Assembly: GCF_009914755.1 (NCBI RefSeq)
Contig: NC_060933.1
DNA from: the human T2T-CHM13v2.0 reference genome, Homo sapiens
Direction: 5' to 3' (one strand)
Length of the DNA: 64,000 nucleotides
A program made the position numbers and the translations under genes. This document shows positions 28,841 through 42,640 of the stretch, piece by piece; the first letter of the stretch is position 1, and each line of letters opens with the position of its first letter. Below the pieces are notes generated by a model. The model worked only from the letters and a program-made list of their open reading frames with translations, ran no database searches and was not told where the DNA came from.

Positions 28841-29323
28841 TGTAAGTTCTCAGAATCAAAGTAGAGTCACTTGTGTCAAACTCTAACAAAAAGTAAATAT
28901 ATAAAGCCAGGAGGCTGAGAAGGGAGGGCCCTCACACACACATGCCTATGATTTTACAAAGGCTCTCTGAAGCATTCTTGGGCATGTATGCCTATCACAG
29001 AAGACTGCAAAAACCATAACTTTACATAAAGGCCATTGCCACCTTACATAAAAAAAAATACTTCTGAGAGGACATCTGCTCAGCAACTACATGTCCAACC
29101 TTGGAATGGTGCCACTTTTGTTATCCATTATTTTATCCAAAGACAATAATCTCAAAACAATTATGTAATCCTTCTCATTATTCCTTTAAAAATCTTTGTC
29201 TTCCTTTACCTCCCCAAATGCACCACATAGTTACCATGGCAAGGGTATTCTCATTGCAATACCCTATTCCAAAGTAAATATCATTTTCCTTTACAGAGTC
29301 TCTCTCTATTATTTGGGTTGACA
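28841..29323 (+). mobile_element. Solo LTR, LTR47-like
   Basis: TGTAAGTTCTCAGAATCAAAGTAGAGTCACTTGTGTCAAAC...ATTTGGGTTGACA; TG...CA ends; about 480 bp. Confidence 0.75.
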
Positions 29324-29654
29324 GTTGAAAACTAGAGAGATTGTAGTCTAAGGCTTTTTCTAAAATTTATAAAGACATTCTTAAATGGACAAGCTTTGGA
29401 TTTTGTAGTACTTTCTAAGTTTTTGCTCTATATTTCTACTTATTTGACATCTGTTTTATATGTCTTTACCCAATATATATTGCTCAAATATGACCACAAA
29501 ATATTCCAGATATAGAGATTTCATAGTCCCATTGTTCTTAGTAGATAATTCTTATGGCTTATGATGACCTACAAGGCCGCAAATTATACAACCCTTGTCT
29601 CCATTCTAAATGTATCTTAAGCCATATCCCCAACACACATTTACTATGGTTTCA

Positions 29655-30100
29655 AAAAACAGGTGTTAAAGAAACTCACTTCAGCACAATACCTACCATG
29701 TGAAAAGCCTGCAGCTAACATCACCATCAAAAGGAAAAAACTGAAAGCATTCCCTCTAAGATGAGATACAAGGCAAAGATGCCTACGCTCACCATTTCTT
29801 TCAACATAGTACTAAAAGTCTTAGCCAGAGTAATTAGACAAGAAAAAGAAATAAAACGCATCCAAGTCTGAAAGGGAGAAACAAACCTATCTCTATTTGT
29901 GAGATGACATGATAATGTATATAGAAAACCCTAAAGGTGTAACAAAAACCTATTAAAACTAATAAATGATTTCAGTAAAATTACAAGATTGAAAATCAAT
30001 ATGCAAAAATCAGTTATATTTCTTTACAAACTGTTCAAAAAGTAAATTAAAAAACAATTCTATTCACAGTAGCAACAAAAAGAAATAGAATACTTAATAA
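29655..30100 (+). mobile_element. Isolated L1 ORF2 reverse-transcriptase fragment
   Basis: CTGAAAGCATTCCCTCTAAGA...ACAAGGCAAAGATGCC (TRQ.CP); CTATTTGTGAGATGACATGATAATGTATATAGAAAACCCT is a frameshifted LF.DDMI.YIENP. Confidence 0.88.
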
Positions 30101-30104
30101 TGAT

Positions 30105-30391
30105 TGCAGTAGAGAGGCTAAGAAGGCATCATTCTTGGGCAATCCAGAATGTCTTTGTTGACAGACTAGCTCAACAACTACTTAGACTAGCTGGAACTAG
30201 TAGTCAAGGACACTTCCTCCTAACTTTCTAAACCTTGCTCCCTCACTCAGGGTCAAGCTTGCATCACAGTTTGATTGCCCTTCTGGACTTTTCTGACTTT
30301 CTATTTCCTTTGATATAGGTATTTCCCCTAATAAATCATTTGCATGTTTAATCCTCTCTTGATCTCTTCTTGGAGGACTTGGTCTACCACA
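30105..30391 (+). mobile_element. ERVL LTR fragment, LTR40-like
   Basis: CTCACTCAGGGTCAAGCTTGCATC...TTTCCCCTAATAAATC...TTGGAGGACTTGGTCTACCACA terminus. Confidence 0.65.
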
Positions 30392-32099
30392 ATGGTTTCA
30401 TTTAGGACTAGAGCAGCCGACTCTCATAGATTAAATAATTAATCAGCAGTAGATCCATTTTTTTAAATCCTTCTCTTCTTTATAGATCATTTCATATCGT
30501 CACGTCATTTTTCAATCGTGTTGGTCTACTTTGCCATCAGAATTTTACTTTCCTCTTGCAAAAGTGGCCCAGATTCATTGCTCAATATAGGATGTAAATA
30601 TTTAGAATCCACAGATTAGAAAGACTTTTAGCCTGACTGAATTCTGAACCCTGGAATAAATTTGATGCCAGATTTAGTATCAGAGAAACGTGTAGCTGTC
30701 ATTATTATTTGAGGTACTCAAATATTTTAATAAACTTCTTTAAAGATATGGCTCAAGAAGCAAAGGATATATTCCTTGTCAAGTCAATGGCCATACTGCA
30801 TTCTATGATAGGTGGCAAGGTTTCATCTAGGCATGCTCACACAGGGAATCAATAAAGATGAAATAATTATACCAGGGAAAATAATTGGGTACTTTTTGTT
30901 GTTGATGTTGTTCTCATCTACTTAAAAATGTTTAATATATTTATAACAGTGATAAACCTTTTAAATTTATTTATGATCCCAAGGAACAATCAATTTTTAG
31001 GATATGCTTAACTACTTCGTTTTTCTTTCTAACATGGGACATTACAACACAACAATGGACTACAGTGACGGGACAATCACCAATAAACATCCAACTCTTA
31101 AATCGGAAATACTCTCTCATCTCTAAGTAGGCAGAAAAAAAATAATTTGAGAGTAGATAATCTCATAATTTAAGGACACAGGTCTGATTTTTCAGATTCA
31201 AGACATAGGGGCTTAAATGATAAATAAAAATAAAAATAAACTCAACATTCAAATGTCTTTAAGTGATGGAAAACCAGGCTAAAAATATTCTTGTTAAATT
31301 TTCAAAGCTGGTTTGAATACATTTCAAATAGTCTATAGTATTTCACCTATAAAGATTTTTAAATTCACGCAGCAACCTATATAACTGTCTCCATGTTTAT
31401 TATACATTGCTTTATGCAACATGATTCGAAATTTCCCCATTCATACTGAGGACAAAAGGAAATATTGTACTTAAAATTTGTAGAAGCAGTAGAGGACCTT
31501 TATCTTAAAGGGAGAGCTTCAGGGAAGAAGAGCTGATTATATAGCTAAAAAAAAGACTTTCCTAAGAATCACAATATCTTACTTCTTGGAGATTAGTTCC
31601 AGTGAGATGGGTCCAATCAATCTTTAGAATCCTGCCTTTTTGTCCTTCCAGATTTATGATTCTAAGATCATGCTTCTTATATGGGTTTCTTGATGTGAAA
31701 GAAATGGGAAAGTTTTGTTTAAATAATGTCTAGAAGATAACAGAAATGGCCTAGAGATGAATGTATCAGATTGTCTCTAGATATCATTTCTCAGCATATT
31801 CCTTTTTTTAAAAATTACCTTTGGAATACTCAATTTGAGATGGCTTAGACTAACCTAGATAGAAGTTGAGGAAATCCATATATTTTAGTGGAAAAGCACA
31901 TTAAGAAGTTATCTGGAGTAATGCAAGTTACAAGGCTCTGACTGAGACATCTTCTACCAGTGGTGTTTAAAGGTATTTCTTAGTTGAGTCCTCCGAATGA
32001 AAAGGCCAGAAAAGTCACAGGACCTACCAGTCTTGTTAACAAGGCTGGTTAACAAACAGCAAAATTTGGAAAGCAATAATGATTATGTTTTAAGATTAT

Positions 32100-32615
32100 A
32101 GAAAATTAAGTAACCCAGTAATTCTATTTCTAGAAGTTAAAGGATGTACTCAAAGATTATATACAAGTATACTTGTCTTAGTTCCATATGTCATAGTCCA
32201 AAGACATTCAAACAATACATATATGAAACAACAGTAAATGGATGAACAAATTATGTTCCTGCCAGAAGTTTGAATTCTAGGAAATAATAAAAGATGAAAT
32301 TTTAAAAAGAATTTGAATGGCATCAAGAGAATGATTCTAATATAAAATTAACTGATTAAAAAGCAGGATAGTAAGCATTATAATGTCAATTTTGTCTGAA
32401 AAGAAGCAAGGATATACAATATATATTAATTTATCTATCTATATTCACAAACACACAAAATTGCAGAAACTGGGATTAAATTTGTTATATATTAAGAATG
32501 CTACCTGGGTAATAGGATAAATAGTGCTTTTTATTGGCTTCTATATACTTTCTTGGATTGTCTGAATTGTATACAATAAAAATGTAAGGCTTTGTACTAA
32601 GAACAAAATATAATG
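32100..32615 (+). mobile_element. L1ME4-like 3' end
   Basis: ACCCAGTAATTCTATTTCTAGAA...AAATGGATGAACAAATTATG...AAAAAGCAGGATA; very diverged. Confidence 0.55.
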
Positions 32616-34122
32616 GTTTTCTTAGAGAAAAATAAAAATACTCAGCTGAAAATAACCTGGAAAAGAAGACAAGATAAAATGAATTATAAAAGAATTAGAT
32701 TTTCTACCCATGGAAAGGGAGAACAGAAAGTAAAGCTAGTATGATGATTAAGGAAGAAAAATTATGAATGTTTTATATTTTACAGGAATTTATTGCAATC
32801 AGTCTTGTGATTCTATTGAATTGTGAACTAAAAATAATTATCATTAGTAAAGACAATTAGGTCATTTCTGCTGTAACAATGATTGTAGTGTTGTTATAAT
32901 GTAAATAACTCTAATCTTAGTGTATGTAACACTTAATGATCCAGATGCAGATAAAAATCTGTTTATAAAGATGATTTAAGATATAGACTCATTGTTCAGG
33001 TTGCTATGGTAATTAAAATCTCGACTGTGCCTTCATAAACCAAAGTCTATTTGATTTTTGTCATTCGTGTCTTGGGTAGCTCTGTATTCAGAGAAAACTT
33101 AAAACTCATTTCAGAAGGGGAAAATGAGCTCTTAAAAATCTATATTCTTTATTATTGTATCAATAGCCTAATGCTTCTATACTATCACACATAAAATTCT
33201 CAATATTTAATTGATTACACATAATTTATGTGATATTTTAATAATTTATAAGAAATGTCAGCAAGTTCATACTTCAGTATTTTACTGTTATGTTTTGTTG
33301 GTCTCTTGCTCTTCTTCAGACACACAAGTAAAGTACACATACAATCATATTTCCAAACTTATAAATGGGATGTTTTTGTAAAGATAATTTTTAAATTTGT
33401 GGTTTGGAACACTGTATCTATTTTCCTTATACAAGAAGCGCTCCAGTGGCCCCTACCACTAATGAGCAATACACAGGCACAAAAGGGAAAGCCAGGAGGT
33501 AACACAATTCTTTCAACGCGTTGTTTCTTCTACTTTCCATTCCCCAAAAATGACCTTTCGTGAGTAGAAATTACATGGCTATTTTTTCCATAATGAAAGT
33601 AAATACAATTAGATTTATGTATATTTTACAGAAAAACAATACAACCCAACAACTTAGAATAGCTTTTTCTCCATATATTTCTCCCCATAATCTACTTTCC
33701 GAGCTTGCTAATGTTTAAACTTAATAATGACATTTCTCCTCTTACATTTTTGATGAGTTTCCCTTGCTTTCCAACTAAAGCCCACATTTTATAAACTATC
33801 ACTTAAGTTTGCTTCTTTCTCCACTACATTTTCAGTCTTCTTTGAGCCTCAAAAGGTATTATATGTTCTCATTTTCAATTCATTGTACTTATGGATCAAT
33901 CTACCTGGAAGAACATTCATCCTTCAGCAACTTTCCCTGCTCTTATCTCCTTCCTTTTCCCTGGCTGTCTCCTATTCTTCAGGACGCAGCAGGATTTAAC
34001 CACTTTTGTGAAATCTTCCTTGAATGATCCATTATTAACAAGGCATTATGTGGTGGCCCTCTTATGTATGCTCAAAGAGTCTGTATATCACCCTTGCATT
34101 TACCATATATATATTAATTACA

Positions 34123-34213
34123 TGTTACTGCGTTCGCTAAATATGGTTGTGAAACCGTTCCAATTGTCCAACTGTTATTGCATTTACTAAATATGGTTGT
34201 AAAACCTTTCCAA
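34123..34213. repeat. Diverged direct duplication, 41-bp unit with a 50-bp period
   Basis: TGTTACTGCGTTCGCTAAATATGGTTGTGAAACCGTTCCAA (34123-34163) vs TGTTATTGCATTTACTAAATATGGTTGTAAAACCTTTCCAA (34173-34213). Confidence 0.9.
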
Positions 34214-34449
34214 GAAAAAAAAATCTTATAAATTATTAAAATACTACATAAATGAAATGTAAGAGGAATGCCATGATTAAGTTTAAACATTAGCAAGCTC
34301 AGAAAGTAGATTATGGGGAGCAATACATGGAGGAAAAGCCATTCTAAGTTGCTGGGTTGTATTTTTTTCCTGTAAAATACACATATATCTAATTTAATTT
34401 AATTATGGGAAAAAAACCCATGTAATTTCTGCACACTAAAGGTCATTTT

Positions 34450-34940
34450 TGGTAACGGAAACTGATGTTTATGGTTTCTTTTGAATAAATATAAATATAG
34501 AAATTGACCCTCCTACTATTAAAACTTGAGAAAGTTAAAATTGTCTAATCTGAATTCCTTTCTCAGGAAACCAGCCAGCAAGCCTCCTAGATAGTGTCAA
34601 GGAACTGAAACTTACTAGATCATCACAACTGGACAATGACACACCAGACCCCTCACTTGTGGTGACTGCCTAATTGATCACCTGCTTTCTGTTGACCAAC
34701 TCTTCTTCCTTAGCCCTCCCTAATTCCTGTTTTCCCACATATGATTCCATTTCTTTCTTGCTATATAACAAACCCTAAATTTTAGACCATCAAGGAGATA
34801 GATTTGAGACTGATCTCCCTTCTTCTCAGATACAGCATGAGAATAAAGCCGTATTCCTTGGCTATCTTCATTGTGGCAGTGATTGGCTTTCTGTGCAGTG
34901 AGTAGCAGGGGTTACACCAAACTCCTGGCTTTCAGTAACA
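34450..34940 (+). mobile_element. ERV1 solo LTR, MER67-family-like
   Basis: GAAACTGATGTTTATGGTTTCTTTTGAATAAA...CTATATAA (TATA)...AATAAAGCC...GATTGGCTTTCTGTGC...TTTCAGTAACA. Confidence 0.75.
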
Positions 34941-35039
34941 GTTGCATTTACCACAGTTTATTGAAACTACCTTTTTATTTAAAAAAAAAAACATTAAAAA
35001 ATATTTTGCTGTCCTATACAATTACTTTCCAGATCATTT

Positions 35040-35492
35040 GCCTATTTGGCCTTAGCTCTATTCTCTGTCCTTACTGTGTGCCTTGTATCTAATGTAACTG
35101 CATTCCCCAGTTTCCATTTCCAACTGGCTGCCTGATAGTCCCTAACAAGAGGCCACAAAGCAAGAAGAGTGAGAAATCAGAACACTTCTCCTTGTCTTTC
35201 CTGCTCAGTGACAAGGAGCCTCAAAATTGCTACATCTCATCCATGTCTGTTTCCCACAGGATCACCTTTACCTGTGTATGGCCCTACTTCCTACTGGGAA
35301 CTTCTTCACATTGGTTCCATATGGGTGGAGTAGCTTTCTGTTTTTCACAAATCAAGGTGGCCTCATCAACACTTATTTGGCTTCCCAGCTTTTGTATTTT
35401 AAACATGATCCTACATTAAAGTCATTTTTTTTTCTTTTTTGGAACTACTTAGAATAGTATCTCTTTTTTTTAACTGCATTCTGTAAGACACA
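35040..35492 (+). mobile_element. ERVL LTR, LTR33-like
   Basis: CTGCATTCCCCAG...CAACTGGCTGCC...GGGTGGAGTAGCTTTCTG...ATTAAA...GACACA. Confidence 0.5.
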
Positions 35493-35499
35493 CTATAAA

Positions 35500-35600
35500 C
35501 TTTTAAAAACAGGATGTCTTATTCTTTTAGATTTTTTCAGCAATGAGCAAACTTCCCAGCATATATTAGGCAATCATTAAATGCATGTTGAATTAAATTG
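35500..35600 (+). mobile_element. L2 3' terminus
   Basis: CAGCATATATTAGGCAATCATTAAATGCATGTTGAATTAAA. Confidence 0.5.
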
Positions 35601-38600
35601 TGATTTACGAAACATAGATTTCTTAATAAGGAAATATTTAAATTAAGAGGGATAGTTAGTTGCTTTAATACTTGAAACTATACTGGTAATATCTGTCACT
35701 TAAGGTACTTCATTTTCATTTCAAAATATTCAGTCTCAAAAAGAATGCTTCTGCTTTAAAAAAAGTTTGGTCCTTTACTTTTAAATATCTTACTACCAGC
35801 CATTAAGAAAAGGCAAAATTACTTTTTTTTTTTTCTAGAAAAAAACATTTGCCATTCCTTTCTTTCCATTGGCTCTGCCCACCTATTTGGGCGGCCTCAC
35901 CATGATCTCTTCAGGCATAATCATGCATCCTTGATTTACCACCTCATTATATAATAAAATAAAATAGTGGCAAAACATATTTTTTCAATTTGGAAAACAA
36001 CCTTAAATGCCTTAAAATTTTTACTCATTTTACGTAATTGACAAAAATATCCCAGAGCAAGAAAGGAAAGTTTAATCACTACTTGGTTTTAATTTTCTCC
36101 ATTTAATTTTTCTAATTAAAGATGGAGGCTGAAAGTAGTGGGACCTCTGGGAGACACTACAGATAGCAACATTTCTGCCAAAATTAATGAAGTCGAGCAA
36201 AATATCCACTCCAAACAAAGCTCTTGTACAATAGAATCTATGAACAAAGGCCATGGCAAATGCTTTTCAAAAGAAATGTGTGTGATTTGCAGATAGCTTT
36301 TTGTTTATTTTTTTCCTAAGGTTGGACTTTGTTGTATTCAATTAAAAATATCACACTGTATATTCTGAAAAATATTTATGACTATGTAGTAAATGGAGAC
36401 ATTTTATAAATACCCTCATCCTCTATGGTAAAGAGTACACGTACTGATCACTAAACAGGTATTGACAAATTGGTAACATGCAATGCAAAGCTTTTGGTAT
36501 GAAAGAAGAATCTGGTAGCTGAGATTCAATACAGCTGTTGTCTTTAAGCACATAGCTGATGCTAGGTGAATATCTGTAGGCCATATTTTCAGCTGTCAAA
36601 TGTCAAAATCATTTGTTATCCATGTAATAAATATCTAGGCTGATAGAAATTTATAATACATATTGTTTGCCTAACTGAAAAAACAAAAATCTTGGTATCA
36701 TTCTTTGAAGATCAAGCAAAAGGAAGGATTTTTATGAAAATTTACAAGTGTCAAACGTTAAATTAAAATAAATACAGCAACATCAACATCATATCTCTTG
36801 CATTGCTTTAATTCAGTATGACTTGAGTTCTCATAAAAATATGGAATTATATTTTTATTCTTTCTCAAATGTTTATTAATTCTTTAAACATATATTAATA
36901 CTTTCAAAATTGCCATAGTTTATACTTTAGATAATTGTATTCAATACCAAAGATCTCTTTTATTATTTGAGACATTTCTGTAATGTAGGTCAAATGCTCA
37001 GAGACATTTTGCAAAAAGCCAAAGTTAAACTATTTCCAAACAACTTTAGGTTTTCCCCTAAGGATGAGCAAATTTTTCATAGAAGACCTAAAACTGCTAT
37101 TTGCATTCTTCCTATTTATCCTTCTCTACTAGACACATGGTACATAATCTAGGAAATAGGTCATAAATGCGACTTACAGAAAAAAATCCCATCTAGAAGA
37201 ACAGATTATGACATATTTTGGAAGTAACTTCAATCCAGTTTCTATGGAGCCAGAGATATGTTTTTCCTCTCATTGCATCTCACTATAAGTTTAATAAGAG
37301 AAACAGCTAAGGACTTGTTGAACTCATGATCTCTCTTATTCAAAGAGACCCAACAGTGTCTAGCAAAGACGTAATTACATGATTAGCGATTGAAAACACA
37401 AAAGCCATTGCTTCAATTAGTATGCAAGCTTTCTTCTGACAGAATAAATGCAGAAATCAAAGATGATTGAGCAGGTGATTATTTCTATTTTTCTGGGTAT
37501 ATGAGTAAGGGGGTAAAAGGTTATTTTTAAAAGGCTTCTAAGCAAGAAAAATATAATCTTTTTAAAGAGATAAAGTATGCCCTTGAAAAGGTAGAAGGGT
37601 TATCTTCACATAAAGTAACAGTCTTTTAATCAAGACAGTTACTTTTTAATAAGCTGACACTATTTGTTTTAGCTTACAGAGAATATGTAAGGCATTTCAG
37701 TGATAAAAATGCAATTTCGCTTTCCAATCAAAAACGTTAATAACTATCTTTTCTCATTTCGTGAGCCTCTTTTTGGAAAATGTATACAATGACAATAAAA
37801 ATCATGGCATCTTGTATTCACAGGAGATTCTTTCTTAAAATTTTAAATATTAGGAGATACATGAGTTTCTTTTGTTCCTCTAACCCTGGGGACTATACAC
37901 AACTATCAACATATCTGTGGCCACAGGGATAATTTGACTGGCTCCATAGTACCCATATGTCTATGGCAAATCTTAAACTTGGGTTTCTGGGCTGCTATGC
38001 TGTTCTCTTTAGAGTGCAAGACCAGATCTTTTGCCTTCTATGGTGATGAAAAAAAAAAAACACAATAATAATCACGAGTAATCATTACTAATGAGAAATA
38101 TAACAGATTTTCATGCATTCTTTCAATGATAATAACAATTTAGGAAATAAATTCATTTCTTCCTTTTAGCAAATAAAAATCTTTCTTTTGGGATCTAGAT
38201 GTGTTACTGGTTAACACGTCTACTACTGGCCTGTAATTAGTGATCTCATAAATTCTGGCAGAGGGACTCATCTTCTAACCCACTAAAGTAACAAGATAGT
38301 ATATGTCTGATTTATTTCCTATTAAACAGTATCAGTAAATGGCCACAGTCTTTTCAAGGGATATAACTCTACATAAAACCCAACTAGGATTTCAAACAAC
38401 TATAAAACAAAGTGATGACTTTTACAGATAAAACTATGTAAGTGCTAAAATGTCTCACACAGTGTGATAAAAATGTTCACAGTTCATGCTAATATCTTTG
38501 CCCTTCTTTTTATTCCATGTGTTGCTAAATTGATTACTTTCCTATGTGTTATGACTTGACTATACTCAAACTATTTCAAAGAGAAAGGGGATGTTTTTAC

Positions 38601-40769
38601 TCATGTGTATTTAACAATAGACAATTTCATTTTTTAAAATGCTTACTATATATAATGTAGTTTTTATATATTAACATTTTGCTTTTTCTTAAAGATCCAA
38701 AAATTATTTATATACATTTTATTTCATCTCCATGTACTCAGTAATAACATGATAAAGATATATAACAAAAAAAAAACAAATAAAAAATCTCATAGTCTCA
38801 TTTGTGCAATATTCACACTTTCCTGAATATTCTTCTCCTTCCCCAAACCTTTCATGAAACACAGACATGAAGAACTGAAGTAAACAAACAGGTTTAGCCA
38901 ATAGATAGCACCAAAATTCCATAAAAGAATATTATCTACAATGAAGTTAAAGAATAATGGGACCTCAATGATAGTCATTGAAAGGGCAAAACTCTTGTTT
39001 ATTAGGAATCAAATATCACCTGCTGGTTTTTATTAGCATTTTCTTCCTCAAATAAAAAGGGAGCGTGGATAAATGTTGATGGCAGAAGAGAGTAAAAATG
39101 TCTTGTGAATAAGGCTGTTAAGATGGGAGCCAAGCTGGTACCAGTTTCAGGCCAGAAAGGCTGTGGCCATCTACGTTGCCTAAACAAATTGCTTTCCTGG
39201 AGAGCCTTAATTCTATCAAGTCCGAATCTGTGCTAAGTACCCCAAAGCAAAAAGTCCCTTGTTTTTGTGCTTTGAACATTGTGAAAATGTTGTTGCCCCC
39301 AAATTTATTTTGGCCTTTTGGTGGATGACAGAAACAGACATGCAATTTTTAAATTAGGAAGGAATTTTTTCTCCCCTGGAATAAAATTTCCCTCCTGGTT
39401 AGGGCTCTGCATCAGCTTCATGAATCCTCCAGCATGAGTGGCTTTAACAGGATCTATCAGGTTGAAGAATAATGAGAATCATAACTGAGTTTTTTTGATG
39501 GCATACAGGAATACCTGAATACACAGGGATCTGGATAGTTATAGTGGTCCTGGCAACTGTCAGTTTGGAGCTGTGTGTGTAAAACACTAAACAGAAAGAT
39601 GAAGCTAGAGCAAAAGACAAGTACTTGGAATTCCACACACTGTAATTACATTGTTCCTTAGGAAGTAGACAGAGAGGACTAAATTTTATCACAGGAGAGA
39701 AATTCCTGCCTTCCGAGGAGTTCTTGGGTGATTAATGTCCAAGTTAAAATTGCTAAGTCCCATTAACTTCCTTATACTCCATTTTTAGAAGAAATTGTCA
39801 CATCATATTCTTAAGGAGAATTGAGATATAAACAGTTACTTCGATTTCCATTTTTCAACTGACATCCTAAGTTTAAAAATGAAGGTCCTCCTCAGTGCCT
39901 TACTGGTAAGTTTCCTTGAGGACTTCCTTTTCTGAGGACTGTTCCTCCTGACCGATGGAAGCTGTACACTCTGAGGCTTCAACTGCCTTTGCAGCACCGT
40001 AAAAAATAAGCCTACTCTGGAAATAGCTCCAAAGTGCCTAGTTCTCTCCCTTTGGTGGTCTCTCATTAAATTGCTCTGTGTCATACCTAAACAAATACTT
40101 ATTTGTAAAGTGTCTAATCAGGGGCTGATTTGAGGACTTTTTTTAAAAATGCCAAACCTTCATCAATGCAAGAGGTCATGAACCATTTTATCATTTCTTG
40201 ACTTCTGCTTTAATACTACATTTACATGTTGGGTAGCAAAAGTCCAACCTGGTTTCTCTCAATCATTCAGGGAGCTAAAATCCTTGATTTTCCAGTAAGT
40301 CTCAATTAATAAGCTTGGTGGGTTATTGTTATTGACCGTGGTGGAGGTGCTGGTATAGAAGTCTTTTGTAAACACTTCAATCTATGCCTGTAGCTTGTAT
40401 GAGTGTCTGCCTCCGCACATACCATATAATCATTGCTTGCCTACTCTGTTTTTGTATAATATCATGTTTTTTTATTTGTTTGGAGTCTCCAAGTTTGAAT
40501 ATCTATGAGATTTTAAAAACACCTGGCTATATATCTAAACCTCAATTTGATTTTAATCTTAAGGGGGCACTATTCCCAATGCAGAGAATGAGGATAACTA
40601 ATTTACATTTCCAGATTCATTTCTATCCATCAACTACTTTAAAATGAATTATGAGGAAGAAAAGATAATCTGTATACAGAAAGTTTTTCTATGTATCACT
40701 ACATATAAGAGAGAATGGTGGAGATGGAAAAATTGTTCTTTTCTCGAGGTGGTTGCAAAATGAATTAAA

Positions 40770-41045
40770 TTATGTATTCTCAACAATTATGATTACAAGA
40801 TATGGAAAAACATGAAGAAATATGTAAGGTAATTATAAATTTTGAAAACCATATATTAAATAAAATTATATCTATATGTTAATAATTATTACACAGATTT
40901 GCAAATATTTAATAAAGACTGCTAGAAAACATGAAAAAAAGTTTGATGTTCTTAAGTATGGTGAGATAAAGGTGACTTTTTTCCTTTCTGTAGATTCTTT
41001 ATTTTTGTTATAATGTTCTTTGTATGGTAATTAAGCAATAAAAAA
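40770..41045 (+). mobile_element. L1ME4-like 3' fragment
   Basis: AAAGACTGCTAGAAAAC...GGTGAGATAAAGGTGACTTTTTTCC; very diverged. Confidence 0.4.
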
Positions 41046-41700
41046 GAATTACTTTAAAGAGAATTGTATTATAAGGAAATTGAATATTGCCCCCAGCTAA
41101 CTGACATGAGAATATTTATGAGATTAGATTTCACATTTGGAAGACCAAATTTCAGATTATTATGTGAATGCTGCAATTGGAACTAATTTATTTGTACCCA
41201 TATGCAAGCATTCAACTGTTGCTCAACATTCAAGCTTTTTGCTTAACCTTCAAGTTCTTGGGATAATTTTGAGTATACTCTAACTCTAATCTTTGAAAAT
41301 TAAAATTGATTTTTCCTCTCTGTCTTCTTGTACCACTGGATCTTATTTTGTTTATACCAAAGGAAAAAAGAGTACCAAAATATAAACAAAAGGAAAGTTA
41401 ATTCTACAGTCCATCTAAATCTATTTTAACTCCCATCCATATTTACTTAAGCTAAAAGAACATATTGTAATGGGAGCAGTGACACCATTCAGCTTTTGTT
41501 GTCTTGTGAGAAAATTATCCATAACTCTAAAAAGACAGACAGTTATGACAGCCTCTACGTTGTGTGAACTTGATCGAGAAAAGATGAACACCTTACATAA
41601 AAGATTCTTAAATTCTCTAATGGAAGCCAACTTCATGAGGAATATCATTTATAAAACCATAAACTTGTTTCAAAAAATAAAATATATATACATATATATT

Positions 41701-42009
41701 TATTTTATTTTATTTTATTTTATTTATTTATTTATTTGAGATGGATTCTCGCTCTGTTGCCAGGCTGGAGTGCAATGGCACTAACTAAGCTAACTGCAAC
41801 CTCCACCTCCAGGGTGCAAGCGATTTTCCTGCCTCAGACTCCTCAGTAGCTGGGACTACAGGCGTGGGCCACCACACCCAGTTAATTTTTGTATTTTTAG
41901 TAAAGACGGGGCTTCGCTATGTTGGCCAAGGTGGTCTCAATCTCTTGACCTCATGATCTGCCCTCCTCAGCCTCCCAAAGTGCTGGGATTACAGGTGTGA
42001 GCCACCACA
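41701..42009 (-). mobile_element. Alu, AluSc-like, missing a few 5' bases
   Basis: (TTTTA)n/(TTTA)n tail; Sc-type features CTGTTGCCAGGCTGG (one C absent) and TCTCTTGACCTCATGATC. Confidence 0.93.
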
Positions 42010-42324
42010 ATATCTTATTTTAGGCTTCTGGAAGTTAAATTACTTCAGTCCATTTTATCTACACTAAAAATTAAACATATTTATGGACTCAAACAAAATC
42101 AAGAAGCAACAAGCTACCCAATCACTATAAATTTAGGTGATGGCCCAAAAATGAATAAGAAAACAAATGATATAAACATAATAAATGCTGTAACTTGAAA
42201 TTAGTTGCAGTGAAATGAAACCATATCAAATGAGGAGACAGAAACTAAATGTTAGTTCAATAATTAGAGATATTAACACTAATTTTAAAAACATTAATTT
42301 ATGCTAAATTATGCAACATTTAAA

Positions 42325-42640
42325 CATTCATTTATTTATTCTCATAACTTGTGAGGCACTGTGCCAGGTGAAGGGAAAATGTTCCTAAGGAGACTCTCTG
42401 TGTATCCACTACCCAACTCACTGCATAGTTAGAAACAAGAGACAATAAAATATGATTAGCATATAATTCAGTTTGTATGGGGTAGGGAGACGCCCTGGAA
42501 ATAGTGATGACTAATTTGAAATTTTAGTAAGGGGATAGACTTTGTTTCTGTAAAGATGAGGTAATGTGACATAGATATACTAAGCAGAACAAAGAGCCTA
42601 GGCAAAAACACTGAGACGAGGAAAAGCTAGAGTTAATTAA
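42325..42640 (-). mobile_element. L2 fragment
   Basis: CATTCATTTATTTATTC...GGCACTGTGCCAGGTG...GCAGAACAAAGAGCCTAGGCAAAAACACTGAG. Confidence 0.5.

Noticed and set aside
29655-30100. Idea that this L1 RT fragment is the piece excised from the large L1MB element next to Tigger1
   Set aside because: It overlaps sequence still present in that element on both sides, and the overlapping parts differ substantially, so an independent L1 fragment is more likely
34123-34213. Repeat-spacer-repeat pattern resembling CRISPR
   Set aside because: Only two diverged units with a 9-bp spacer, in a mammalian context with no cas genes
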